Positions 36,201-48,073 of a DNA stretch of 64,000 bases are shown here, piece after piece (the stretch's first letter is position 1; each line of letters opens with the position of its first letter). The position numbers were made by a program, and so were the translations under genes. The notes below the pieces were generated by a model, which was given only the letters and a program-made list of their open reading frames with translations, ran no database searches and was not told the origin of the DNA. The stretch comes from Squalus acanthias (Eukaryota), in contig JASTWF010000070.1 of assembly GCA_030390025.1 (NCBI GenBank), positions 744,001-808,000 of the forward strand, given 5' to 3'.

Positions 36201-36803
36201 GCGTCCTAAAAAGAAACGGGTACAGCGGTAAACTGTGAATAGGACCATTCGATCATTAATGATTATGGATACAAATATCCAAATGATGGGGGTTAAAATT
36301 GAGTCTATAACAGTAGAAAGAATGAAAGGAAGAAAGAAAGGAAGAAAGATCTTTACAGCCAATGAATTACCTTTTGCAGTGTAGTCACTGTTGTAATGTA
36401 GGAAACGCGGCAACCAAATTGCGCACAGAAAGCTCCCACAAACAGCAATGTGATAATGACCAGGTAATCTGTGATGTTGATTGAGGAATATAATATTGGC
36501 CCCAGGATACCGGGTCGAACTCCCCTGCTCTCCTTCCAATAGTGGCCGCGGGATTTTTTCCCTCCACCTGAGAGAGCAGACGGGACATCCGATAGATGGA
36601 AAATATTGACATTTGGTCTAATTTCATTCGCCTGAGATAATCCAGTCCATCAACATGACTCTGATATTACAGGATACAGCGCGCTATCTTCTACTTGTCT
36701 GATTAGCTCAATGATCATACGCTTGAACTCCGTCATGTATTAGAAGCACATAAAACTGACCTGGAAAGAGATGGAACAGCGCGCAGGGAGTTAAGAAGCT
36801 CAT
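29788..36803 (-). CDS. Gene B: non-rearranging VJ-C1-TM receptor with ITIM/ITSM-like tail (PRARP/VJ-C1-like), 301 aa. Exons 36803-36761, 36146-35808, 35715-35413, 33008-32892, 32748-32690, 29832-29788
   Basis: GT-AG introns with matching phases (1,1,1,1,0); 906 nt open frame. Leader MSFLTPCALFHLFP/VIVC; V ..KVDC..WYKR..DAGVYYCAAKKYSGMPLIFGNGSTLLIA; C1 PEIFLLAPP..LMCLV..WNV..GTYTVRSH..W..CTC; TM LLLYGCSAAALLLLLMVIAAAG; tail ..QDKETLYAHLAFNAVPTL*. Confidence 0.83.
30535..32660 (+). mobile_element. CR1 LINE (RT region), antisense within the last intron of gene B
   Basis: 323-aa ORF with NYRPVSLTSV, QHGF, LDFQKAFDKV, GVPQGSV.GP, FADDTKL; TTCTATG tail. Confidence 0.92.
33203..33345. repeat. (GATA)n/(GACA)n microsatellite
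   Basis: Direct inspection. Confidence 0.9.
35413..35715 (-). CDS. Gene B C1-set exon
   Basis: 92-bp intron after V; 38/64 identical to gene A C1 core by hand alignment. Confidence 0.9.
35808..36146 (-). CDS. Gene B VJ exon
   Basis: C..W..YYC plus canonical J motif FGNGSTLLI, donor G|GTAAGA. Confidence 0.9.
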
Positions 36804-37599
36804 TGTCTGCGACCGAGGCGCTTGCTGTGAGCTGCACACTGAACACTTTGCTGGGATATCTTTGCGCTGGGCCCGGCTCGCAAGAGATGTGAAAAGCAGA
36901 GATGCGGAAATTGCGTGCTTGCGTTTTAAAAATAGCAGGCCTGGAAAATACAGCGTAATGTCAAGGCTCGCTGCGGGTTTCCTGTTGACACATTAAACGC
37001 CCACGCACAGGTCTGCCTGCAAAGGGCAATGCATTCCAGCTCGTGTTAAACAGGCGTGAAAGGCGGCGTGCAGTGCAGGCTGATTAAACTGTGAACTGAA
37101 GGCAGGCAGTGCTGAATTGCACGCACCGGATTGGTTGTGTCCTTCGCGTGGGCGCGAGGACATAATTCTATTCCGAGTATTGCTTCTTATTGTTCCAGAA
37201 CCCATTCATTCATACACTCTTACTTGTATCAACAAAGATAGACCAGATTAAAGAAAGTGCAATCATCTGTTATTATACCAGCCGCGGCTCAGTGGGCAGC
37301 ACTCTCGCCTCCGAGTCAGAAGGTCGTGGGTTCATAGTTCCACTTCAGAGACTTGAGCACAAAAATCTATGCCGACACTCCAGTGCCAGTATGGGGACGT
37401 GCTATAAGAGTTGACAGTCTTTCTTTCTTTATCTGTTTCACCCAGGATCTGAACGCCGCCTGTCTCTTTGATGCAGGATTTGATCCTGTTACTCATTATG
37501 TGTCAGCCGTGGCTCAGTGGGTCGGACTCTCGCTCTGAGGTAGAAGGTCAGAGATTTGTTCAGGTCCCACTCCAGTGACTTGAGCACATAATCCAGGCC

Positions 37600-38245
37600 G
37601 ACACTCTCAGTGCGGTACTGAGGAAGCACCGCACTGTCGGAGGGGCAGTACTGAGGGAGTGCTGCACTGTCGGAGGGTCAGTACTGAGGGATTGCCGCAC
37701 TGTCGGAGGGGCAGTACTGAGGGAGCGCCGCTCTGTCGGAGGGGCTCTACTGAGGGAGCGCTGCACTGTCGGAGGGGCAGTACTGATGGAGTGCCGCACT
37801 GTCGGAGCGTCAGTACTGAGAGAGCGCCGCACCATCGGAGGGGCAGTACTGAGGGAGCGCCGCACTTTCGGAGGGGCAGTATTGAGAGAGCGCTGCACTG
37901 TTGGAGGGGCAGTACTGATGGAGCGCCGCACTGTCGGAAGAGCAATACTGAGGGAGCGCCGAACTCTCGGAGGAGCATTACTGAGGGAGCGCTACACTTT
38001 CGGAGGGGCTGTACTGAGGGAGCGCAGCACTGCCGGAGGGGCAGTACTGAGTGAGCGCTGCACTGTCGGAGGGGCAGTACTGATGGAGTGCCGCACTGTC
38101 GGAGCGTCAGTACTGAGGAGTCGCCGCACTCTCGGAAGAGCAGTACTGAGGGAGCGCCGAACTGTCGGAGGGACAGTACTGAGGGAGCGCTGCACTTTCG
38201 GAGGGGCAGTACTGAGATGTCTCCGCACTGTTGGAGGGGCCGACT
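37600..38245 (+). repeat. 33-bp minisatellite (~19 units) expanded inside a tRNA-derived SINE (37503-38430)
   Basis: Units GCAGTACTGAGGGAGCGCCGCACTGTCGGAGGG; 11-aa periodic spurious ORFs in several frames. Confidence 0.9.
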
Positions 38246-39219
38246 TTCGGATTCAACGTTAAGCCGAGGCTCCGTCTTCTCTCTCAGGTGGCTGTGAAAG
38301 ATCCCAGGGCCACTATTGTAAGAAGAGCAGGGGATTTCTCGTCGTTGTCCTGGGCCAATATTTATACGTCAGTCAACATTAATAAAAGAGATGTCCTGAT
38401 GATTATCACACTGCTGTTTTTGGGAGTTTGTTTGCATTCAATGTCTTGCAACACATTCTTGTTGTGTCAGATACTGTGTCTGAGCAATCAAACACTGCAT
38501 TAATATAGAATACCTTAACTTTGATAAAGATTGAATCAAATTTGCCAATATTACATTTGGTGTATCAAAGAAAGATGAGGTTGGACCCTTTGGTTTTTTG
38601 CACATAGGTAGTTGGTGATCATCCCCCTTCGACTGGGATGATTGGGAAAGGGTTTCGGCCACTGGAATTATGCAAAATGAGAATTAACTGATAGTTTTTC
38701 CCGTTGCATTCAAAAGCAATCAATTAAAAAGACTTGTGTCCATCGGAGTTCCTTGTAATGGGAGTGAGTGCGGGGAAGGGTCGCTCCCTTTGAATTCTAT
38801 ACATGTAAAATGAGCAGCAAGAGGGTTTGTGTATTCAGGTTCTGTATAATTACAACGAATGGACAGTTTGTTAATTAAATTAGAATCAGGCCGCTCAGGA
38901 AGCACTTCTTCACACAAAGGGTAGTGAAAATCTGGAACTCTCTCCCCCAAAAAGCTGTGGAGGCTGGGGATCAATTGCAAATTTCAAAACTGAGATCGGA
39001 AGATTTTTGTTGGGTGAGGGTATTAAAGGTCACAGAACCAAGGCGGTTAAATGCAGTTAAGATACAGATCAGCGATAATCTAATTGAGTTGTGGGACAGA
39101 CTCGACGGGCTGCATGGCCTCCTCCTATTCCTATGTTCATGGACTTTAATCTTTGTATCAAACCTGTACGGAGACGGCACGAAAGTAGCCAAAACCCCAT
39201 TACTGCAAATTCAAAGTTT

Positions 39220-39445
39220 ATTGGAAGGACACAGTCTCCTTACTGTGTTTGGTCAGTGGTGTTTCCTCGAACCGGATTCCTATTTTCTGGGATGTTTCCG
39301 GACGGGGTTACAGAGCGACGCACCGAATCCCGGTACAATAGACCCGGACGGGACCGACAGCAACAGAAGTCACATCAGTGTCTCGGTGCAAACTTGGAGC
39401 AGCGGCGCAGTCTGTACTTTGTGTTGTTCCACTAGGCTTCTCCAG
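39220..39445 (+). pseudogene. Frameshifted orphan C1 exon paralogous to genes A/B
   Basis: Across frames: TVSLLCLVSGVSSNRIPIFWDVSG..GTIDPDGTDSNRSHISVSVQTWSSGAVCT; several indels; flanked by CR1 debris. Confidence 0.8.
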
Positions 39446-42400
39446 CTAAAATATGGAGAAGAACGTGTCGGGGAAAACTGTAGAGAAAGCCAGGAAAGAG
39501 TGAGAGATGTGTAAAAGACTCTTTCACTGCAATCCCTTCACTGCATCGAATTGCATAGAATGTGCAGCACAGAAACAGGCCATTCGGCCCAACATGTCCA
39601 TGCCGGTGTTTATGCTTCACACGAGCCTCCTCCCATCCCTTTTCATCTCATCCTATCACCATATCCTTCTATTGCTTTCTGCCTCACGTGTTTATCTAAC
39701 TTCTCCTTAAATGCATCTATGCTATTTTCCTCAACCACTCCCTGTGGTAGCGAGTTCCACATTCTAACCACACTGTGTAAAAAAAAGTTTCTCCTCAATT
39801 CCCTATTGGATTTTTTAGTGACTATCTTATATTGATAGCCCCTAGTTCTGGTCTCCCCCAGAAGTGGAAAATCTCCTCTATGTCTACCCTATCAAACCCT
39901 TTCATAATCTTAAAGACCTCTGTCAGCTCACCCCTCAGCCTTCTCCTTTCTAGAGAAAAGAACAACAGCCTGTTCAATCTTGCCTGATAGTTATAACCTA
40001 TAAACAGGGATGGACAATTAATGGAGACTGAATAAACGGAGTTCAACTGGGTGCTGTCTAAAATCCACATTTCTTAATTCCCAGAATTATCCAGGTAACA
40101 AATTATTCACAGGACTGAATCCAGGTAAATAAGATGAACTCGCAGCATAATTCACTGTAAAATCAAATGGCCATGTTTTAGGTAACTGTTTAATAAACCT
40201 TTACATCTGAATAATATACATTTTAAAATAACAACTTATGCCAGAAAATAGCAGTAAGAGGGTGTACCTCTTGGCTGGGGAGTCTAGAACCAGGGGTCAC
40301 AGTCTCAGAATAAGGGGTCGGCCATTTAGGACTGAGATGAGGGGAAATTTCTTCACTCAGAGGGTGGTGATTCTTTGGAATTCTCTACCCCAGAGGGCTG
40401 TAGAGGCTCAGTCGTTGTGTATATTCAAGATATAGATCGATAGATTTGTGAATATTAAGGGAATCAAGGGATATGGGGATAGTTCTGGAAAGTGCAGATG
40501 AGGTAGAAGATTAGCCATGATCTTATTGAATGGCGGAGCAGGCTCAAAGGGCGGAATTGTCAACTCCTGCTCCTATTTCTTATGTTCTTATGCACCACGC
40601 AGTAATTCACAAACTCCCACCATCAAAGTACTTGAATATTTCATAATAATAATGTGAAACAACATTCATTTTTTCGCTCTGAATCCCAACGACTCAATAA
40701 TTATTTCCAGTCAATTAGTCTCAAAATAGATTAATGATTCATTTTTTATATCGCTGAAACTTAAATCTGAATGGGGTCGTTCAGTTAACCAAACGCCCCC
40801 TGGAGGCAACATGTGATAAGGGTGTGTGTCGGATGGCGCTTCTCTGTCACCCCCTGGCGGCTCCTTTTCACTCTTCAGAGCTGAGGTTTGGAAGCAGCGT
40901 GAGCGCCACTTCCTTCCTGTGACTCCCAGAAAAATTGCAATGTTCAATGGACAATGATACCTACAATGCACAATCAATTCAGGACTTCAGTGGAGCCCGT
41001 AGTGGTAGAGCGGTCGTTCGGAGTAAATTTGGTTCTGGGATGCTGGTATCCCTGTCTCTGTGAAGGAGAATAATCAGGGGTGTAAACTCTGCTGGCCTGC
41101 ATCTTAACTCGCACCAAGTCCCATTCACCCATCACCCCCTTTGCTCGCTGACCTACATTGGCTCCCGGTCCGGCAACACAGCACTCCTCTCAGGGGTCTG
41201 GTTGGGCCAGAATTCCCGATTAGTATTCCAAGTTACTGCGAGATGGAAACTGATTCGTAGTCTGGCTAACTTTTGAGTATAGAAGCCCCCCATAACACGT
41301 GGGAGATATCCCAGCCCTAGGTCAGCTAAACAGTAGAGTCAAAAACCTTCAGGAGGTGGAATTGCCATTAAAGACTGGAGAAATCTGGAGAGATTGGAGT
41401 AAAATCACTCACTGTTGAGCATATGGAAGCATCTGCACTAAACGGCACAAGAGACCAAACCAAACGCTTCTGCGGCCAAAAAGGGTGAGATTTGGACAGA
41501 CTAGGCTAAAATCCCCTTGAATACAGAAGATTAAGGGGCGATCTAATTGAGCTGCTTAAGATGATTAAAGAATTCGATAGGGTAGAGAGAGAGAAACTAT
41601 TTCCTCTGGTGGGGGGGCGGGGGGAGTCCAGAACAAGGAGGCATCACCTTAAAATTAGAGCCTGGCCGTTGAGGGGTGATGTCAGGAAGCACTTCTTCAC
41701 ACAAAGGAAATCTGGAACTCTCTCGCACAAAAAGGTGTTGAGGCTGGGGGTCAATTGAAAATAGCAAAACTGAGAGTTGATAGATTTTAGTTGGGTAAGG
41801 GTATTAAGGGTTACGGAACCAAGACAGGTAGATGGAGTTAAGATACAGATCAGCCATGATCTCATTGAATGGCGGAACAGGCTCGAGGGGCTGAATGGCC
41901 TCCTCCTGTTTCTGTATAACAGGCTCCAGGAGCTGAATGGCCTCCTCCTGTTCCTGTGATCCTAACTGGGAAACTAAGGTGCACGATTCTCTGCCTGAAC
42001 TATGGGTTGTGTTGAATCTGAGGCAATCTCTTATGTATCACTGTTACCGTCTGTCATGCGTATTATCTCACTGACCGTAACTGGACATGTACCGGTGGGA
42101 GGGGTGAGGTGGGAGGGGTACCGATTAGTAACGCTAATACTGAGCTCTCTCCCAGTCTGAATTAAAATAGCGCCAAACCGTATGTAGCTGGGAAATGCCA
42201 GGATGACCCCTCTCTGCTGGCTCCAGATCACATCCGACTGAAGCTGACAACATCTGAAAGCGAGGTGGCCGAGCTGGTCACCTGTACCTGAATGTGATCT
42301 CCATGTAGTGTTTTGGAACTTTATACTAGGGAATCTTTTCCCCGGGAAAGCACTCTCTCGCCACAGACTCGCCACCCTCGCCCATTGATTGCACCACCTT

Positions 42401-43718
42401 CCCGGTCTCAATCGACCCAGACTGTTCGCAATCTGAGGGCCCTATTGCACTAATATCTGAGTTCCCTGGCCCATGACCTATCCGTCTCAAAGGCCGCCTA
42501 CTTTCAAGTCGCTAACCTTTCCTGCCTTTCCCGCGAACTCAGTCCACCTGCCGTTAAAACCTCATCCAAGCCTTTGTTACCTCCTAACGTGACTTGTCCA
42601 ATGCTCGCGGCACCCCTACCGAAGACTCTTGGTAATCTTGAGCTGATCCAGAAATTTTCCGCCCGTAGCCCATCCCCCACAAGTCCCACTCACTCACCAT
42701 CCACGGTCTTGCTGAACTGCAGCGACTCCTCATCCCCCAAGGCCCCCAGTTTAAAATTGTCATCCCCTTGTTCAAATCCGTTCATGGCTTCTCCCCTCCC
42801 TATCACTGTAACACCCCCATCCCTATCTACCCCCAGCTCTCTGTGCCCCCCGAATCTGGCACTGGAGAAGGTGCAATAAAATATTTACAAGGATGATACA
42901 CAACTGAGAGGTTATAACTATCAGGAAAGACTGAAGTCTGGAGCTCTTTTCTCTAGAAAAGAGAAGGCTGAGGGGTGACCTGATAGAGGTCTTAAAGATT
43001 ATGAAAAGGTTTGATGGGGTAGACATAGAGGAGATGTTTCCACTTGTGGGAAAGATCCAGAACTAGGGGCCATCAATATAAGATAGATACTAAGAAATCC
43101 AATGGGGAATTCAGGAGAAACTGCTTTACCCAGAGAGTGGTGAGAATGTGGAACTCACTACCACAGGGAATAGTTGAGGCGAATAGCATAGCTGCATTTA
43201 AGGGGACGCTGGATAAAAACATGAGGGAGAAGGGAATAGAGGATTACGCTGATAGAGTTAGATGAGGAAGGATGGGATGAGGCGCGAGTGGAGTTTAAAC
43301 ACCGGCATGGACTGCTTGGGCTGAATGGCCTGTTTGTGCTGTACATTCCATGTAATCCACTCAATGTCCCTTTAAGTGCTGAGTAGTGACGGACCACTTT
43401 AAGCTCGTGGCAGCATTTCATGTTTATTAAGAGCTGTGTTACACAAGTTCGCAATCACAATATGGTCACCGAAGAAAGGGAAATCTGTCCCCATTCTACA
43501 CACAGCGAAAGTTTACACACTATTGGGGACAGTTGCACAGAAATTTCCACACAATCATTTCAGTCACTTCAGTTATTAAACATTCGCATTGTTTGACAAA
43601 AACTGAAATTGCTGCAGCGATTACATTGCAAAAAAGGTGGATTGCACACATCGAATGATCTGTTTCATTGCATTAAACACGAGCAAAAATCAAACTTCCA
43701 CTGCCAACTCGCACTGCC

Positions 43719-44041
43719 TCAGTCGGAACACGAGGAGGCGCTGATGGTCTTGAGAAGAGGCGAGCTCAGGGAGCCGTGGCTGACGCTGCAGGAATAGCTG
43801 GAGCCATTGTTCCAGGCGGCGGCGGGGACTCTCGGGTGACTGCTCAGGCTGTAGGTTTGATCGCTGTCCGGGGACACGGTGCCTGTCGTCACCCCGCTGT
43901 CTGTCTCTTGGCCATCCACGCTCCAGCGGAGCCGCGCCCGGCTTAAAGCGACTGTCCAGGCAGGACAGAGTGGCCGTCCCGAGCCGATTTCTTCCGAGGA
44001 GGGAGGGAGGAGAAGAACCGAGGGGCTTCGATCCTCGCTGC
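43719..44041 (-). pseudogene. Ig light chain copy 2 C exon (two compensating deletions)
   Basis: SEDRSPSVLLLPPSSEEI..WSVDGQETDSGV..TYSLSS..CSVSHGSLSSPLLKTISASSCSD*; 323 nt vs 329 nt in copy 3. Confidence 0.85.
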
Positions 44042-44327
44042 CTATGTGTGGGGGGAGAGAAAATTCATTAGTTTATGGAATCCGTCAGCAGTGGGACGCT
44101 CTGATCTGAAATCAAAGACGACAAAGAAGCCCGAACAACATTCACTTTAAAATAAATTACTGATTAATACAGGAGTTCCAATAAATTCTTAAATCTCTAA
44201 GTCCTCTGCTCCCCTGCCAATTCTTTTCCATACATTACAACAGTGACTTGTTTCAAAAGTATTTCATTGGCTGTAAAGCGCTTTGGGACGTCGTGAGGTC
44301 GTGAAAGGAGCTGTAGAAATACAAGTC

Positions 44328-44443
44328 TTCCTTTCTTTCTTTCTTTCTTTCTTCCTTTCTTCATTTCTTTCTTTCTTTGAATCTATCTTTCCTTCTTTCT
44401 TTCATTCTTTCTTTCTTTCTTTCTTTCTTTCCTTCTTTCTTTC
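44328..44443. repeat. (CTTT)n microsatellite
   Basis: Direct inspection. Confidence 0.9.
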
Positions 44444-46703
44444 TACCTTGTAAAGTAACAACAGAAAATGCTGGAAATACAGACCGGGTCAGTCAGCATG
44501 TGAGAGGCGGAAAGATCAGTAACTGACCAGTTCAGGTGCAGGTTACACCCCCGGAACCGCACTAACCTGTCTGTTCCCGTTACAGACACTGACCGACCGG
44601 CCGTGTATTCCCAGCATTTTCTGTTTTTATTTTATTTCCTATAATTGCAATTTTTTCCCTTTTTACTTAAACATAATAAAGCGTTTGCTTGTCTTAAAAT
44701 GCGGTCAGTTTTAACTTTAAAGTGGTGAAATCACGGAGCTGTGACACACGTTTCACCGAGAGTCCACACTTGTTCTGATATCTCAAACTGATGCAGCCCA
44801 TTCAAAGAGCCGCCACAGGCAGGATGAACAGAATGGCGTCCTTCTCTGCTGTATCATTCTACAAGAGTCCGGAACTTTTTTTACGATTCATATTTTTTTA
44901 GAATTATTTGTTAGAAACTGATCCGCTTTAAATGTTGCGGCGATGATAATTTAGCCGGGTCTGTTACCAGGTATTTAAGAGCTCACCGAATAAAGAGAGG
45001 ACATTGTACACGTGCTGGGAATTAATGTAGTGCCTGTGCCTAACAATATTGTAAATGGTTTACGTAGAATTACACAGAATTACAGCACAGAAAGAGTTCA
45101 TTCGGACCAACCAATCCATGCCGGCATTTATGTTCCACTCGAGCCTCCTCCCATCCTTCCTCATCTCAATCTATCAGCATAACCCACTATTCCCTTCTCC
45201 ATCATGCGCTTATCTAGCCTCCCCTTAAATGCATCTATACTATCCGCCTCAACACTCCCTGTGGTAGCGAGTTCCACATTCTCACCCCTCTCTGGGTAAA
45301 GAAGTTTCTCCTGAATTCACTATTGGATTTCTTGGTGACTATCTTATATTGATGGCTCCTAGTTTTGCACTTCCCCACAAGTGGAAACACTCGCTCTGTC
45401 TACTCTATCAAAGCGTTTCGTAATTATAAAGACCTCTATTCGGCCACTACTCAGCCTTCTCTTCTCCCGGTTTGATGAAGGGTTTTCACTGTTCGATATT
45501 TCTAGTGAAAGGGGGAGCAATGATTGTAAAAGAATCTTGCTACAGAGGCAAGTACGTATTCCTCTTCTCGCTGGTGAACTGATTTCTCTCTCGGGATCAG
45601 GTCAGTCTCGCTCTTCCCGGAGTGATCCGTTCAACCCTGGGAGGTAGCGGGACCCGACAGATCAAACCAGGAGAATCGGCGCTATCCCCGGGGGGACATT
45701 GGACAGGGAGAGTCAGCAGACACAGCAGGGGGAGGGGAGAGGGTCAGCAGCGAGAGAATGAGATGGAGAGAAAGTTCCCTTCGACAAGCTTCACCCAGTC
45801 TCACTCACACACACGGGGCTGTTCAGAAATTGTCACTGCGCCGTTCCATGGTAAAGCGTCGGTTCTGCTCTATAAACAGTGGGGAGATTGCGAATAATGA
45901 GCTCAGACAGATTAAATATCGGAGCACGAATTTCAGAATAAAACCAGTCCTGTCAAACGACGAGTCCCGGTGTTGCTGGCGACAGGGAGTCGATCCAACC
46001 GGTTGTGTGCTGAGACAGCGGGGGTCGGGAGGGCCCTCTCTCTCTCCCAGCCCAGAGCCGGACACCCGACAGCTGCGGTCAGGGGGACAATACGCCACAG
46101 GAATAAAACAAGCAGCAACATTGATAGTTGCAAATGACGATAAGTGGGTTGGGATTCCCCCGGGATCTCTCCCGCCGGCTCCGGGCAATCTTTTTTTAAA
46201 TCGGGCGGTGCTGACTCTGGACAGCAGGAATAATTCTACATACACTAAGAAATAAGTATGGCTCTCCAATTAGTCCCACTCCCCTGCTCTCTCCCCACAG
46301 CTCTGCAATTTTCTCCCTGCAAGACTGAGTGTAACACAGTGACATATTCAGTGTCCACTGTCAGAACTTCACAGTGCAGCTCACAACTTCCCTCTCTCTC
46401 TCTCTCTGTCTCTTGCCGCACCCGAATGATATCGGCGCTTACAGGGTTAAGGACGGGTTGCATAAACTTGACTTGTATTCCCTTGAGTTTAGAAGATTCA
46501 GGGTTGATCTGATCAAGGTGCTTAAACTGTGAAAAAGGATTCGATCGGGTAGATAAAGAGAAACAATGTCCTCTGGTCGGGGAATCAAGAACCAGGGGCG
46601 CTCAATTAGAATTAGAGCCCGGCCATTTAGGAGGGAAGCACTTTTTCACACAGGCTCGCGAGGCTGAATGGCCTCCTCCTGTTCCTCTGTCACTATTTTA
46701 TCA

Positions 46704-48073
46704 TGATGCGGATGTGCCGGTGTTGGACTGGGGTGGACAAAATTGAGAGGTCGCACAACACCAGGTTATAGTCCAACAGTTTTATTTGAAATCACAAGCT
46801 TTCGGAGTTACTACTCCTTCGTCGGGTGAAGTAAAGAGATACAGAATCGCCAAAGCATATATAGATAGAGAACAATGCATGTGTACCTTACAATTGCAGA
46901 CAACTAAATTAAATCATCCTGACTGTTTATCTGCCGAGGTGTGATAAAGTTAATCAGGTCAGCCAGGAAGGTACCACATCAAAGACATAGCAAGATACAA
47001 CTGAGACAATGAGGTGGAGTCGCAGGGGGTCTAACGTGTCAAAAGCTGCCGTCTCTATGTAAAACGATAAGCTTTAAAATTTTTACTTTTTTACTGGGAA
47101 TCACATCTGTGAACAAGCCAACGATGACTCGAGTCCGGATCACGTCATGTATCGTGACATAAACCCAAGATCCCGGTTGAGACCGTCTTCATGAGTGCGG
47201 AACTTGGCTATCAGTTTCTGCTCGATGATTTTGCGTTGTCGTGTGTTCCTAAGGTCGCCTTGGAGAACGCTAACCCGCAGATCCGAGGCTGAATGTCCTT
47301 GACTGCTGAAGTGTTCCCCGACTGGGAGGTAACAATCCTGCCTGGCGATTGTTGTGCGGTGCTCGTTCATACGTTGTCTCAGTGTCTGCATGGTCTCGCC
47401 GATGTACCAGGCCAGTACATCGGCGAGACCATGCAGACACTGAGACAACGTATGAACGAGCACCGCGCAACAATCGCCAGGCAGGATTGTTACCTCCCAA
47501 TCGGGGAACACTTCAGCAGTCAAGGACATTCAGCCTCGGATCTGCGGGTAAGCGTTCTCCATGGCGACCTTAGGATCACACGACAACGCAAAATCATCGA
47601 GCAGAAACTGATAGCCAAGTTCCGCACTCATGAAGACGGTCTCAAACGGGATCTTGGGTTTATGTCACGATACATGACGTGATCCGGACTCGAGTCGTCG
47701 TTGGCTTGTTCACAGATGTGATTCCCAGTAAAAAAGTAAAAATTTTAAAGCTTATCGTTTTACATACAGACGGCAGCTTTTGACACGTTAGACCCCCTGC
47801 GACTCCACCTCATTGTCTCAGTTGTATCTTGCTATGTCTTTGATGTGGTACCTTCCTGGCTGACCTGATTAACTTTATCACACCTCGGCAGATAAACAGT
47901 CAGGATGATTTAATTTAGTTGTCTGCAATTGTAAGGTACACATGCATTGTTCTCTATCTATATATGCTTTGGCGATTCTGTATCTCTTTACTTCACCCGA
48001 CAAAGGAGTAGTAACTCCGAAAGCTTGTGATTTCAAATAAAACTGTTGGACTATAACCTGGTGTTGTGCGACC
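46704..48073. mobile_element. Penelope-like retroelement as near-perfect palindrome (GIY-YIG C-terminus plus 3' end on both arms), 14-bp TSD
   Basis: YIGET.QTLRQRMNEH..EQKLIAKF.T..GLNRD on both strands; symmetry centre 47411; TCACTATTTTATCA at 46690-46703 and 48074-48087. Confidence 0.9.

Noticed and set aside
29788-36803. Gene B as a TCR chain
   Set aside because: V and J are pre-joined with no RSS, the V-C intron is 92 bp, the TM has no CD3-pairing Lys/Arg, and the cytoplasmic tail is long with a tyrosine motif.
37560-38297. Overlapping repetitive ORFs and a CRISPR-like periodicity
   Set aside because: Pure 33-bp tandem repeat without unique spacers, inside a SINE in a vertebrate genome.
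45758-46269. 165-aa and 148-aa ORFs in the J-C intron
   Set aside because: Frame not preserved in the paralogous block at 59 kb; no domain signature.
46334-46400. CACAGTG heptamers in the J-C intron (also ~69 and ~59598) as RSS
   Set aside because: No ACAAAAACC-like nonamer at 12 or 23 bp spacing, and not adjacent to a coding segment.
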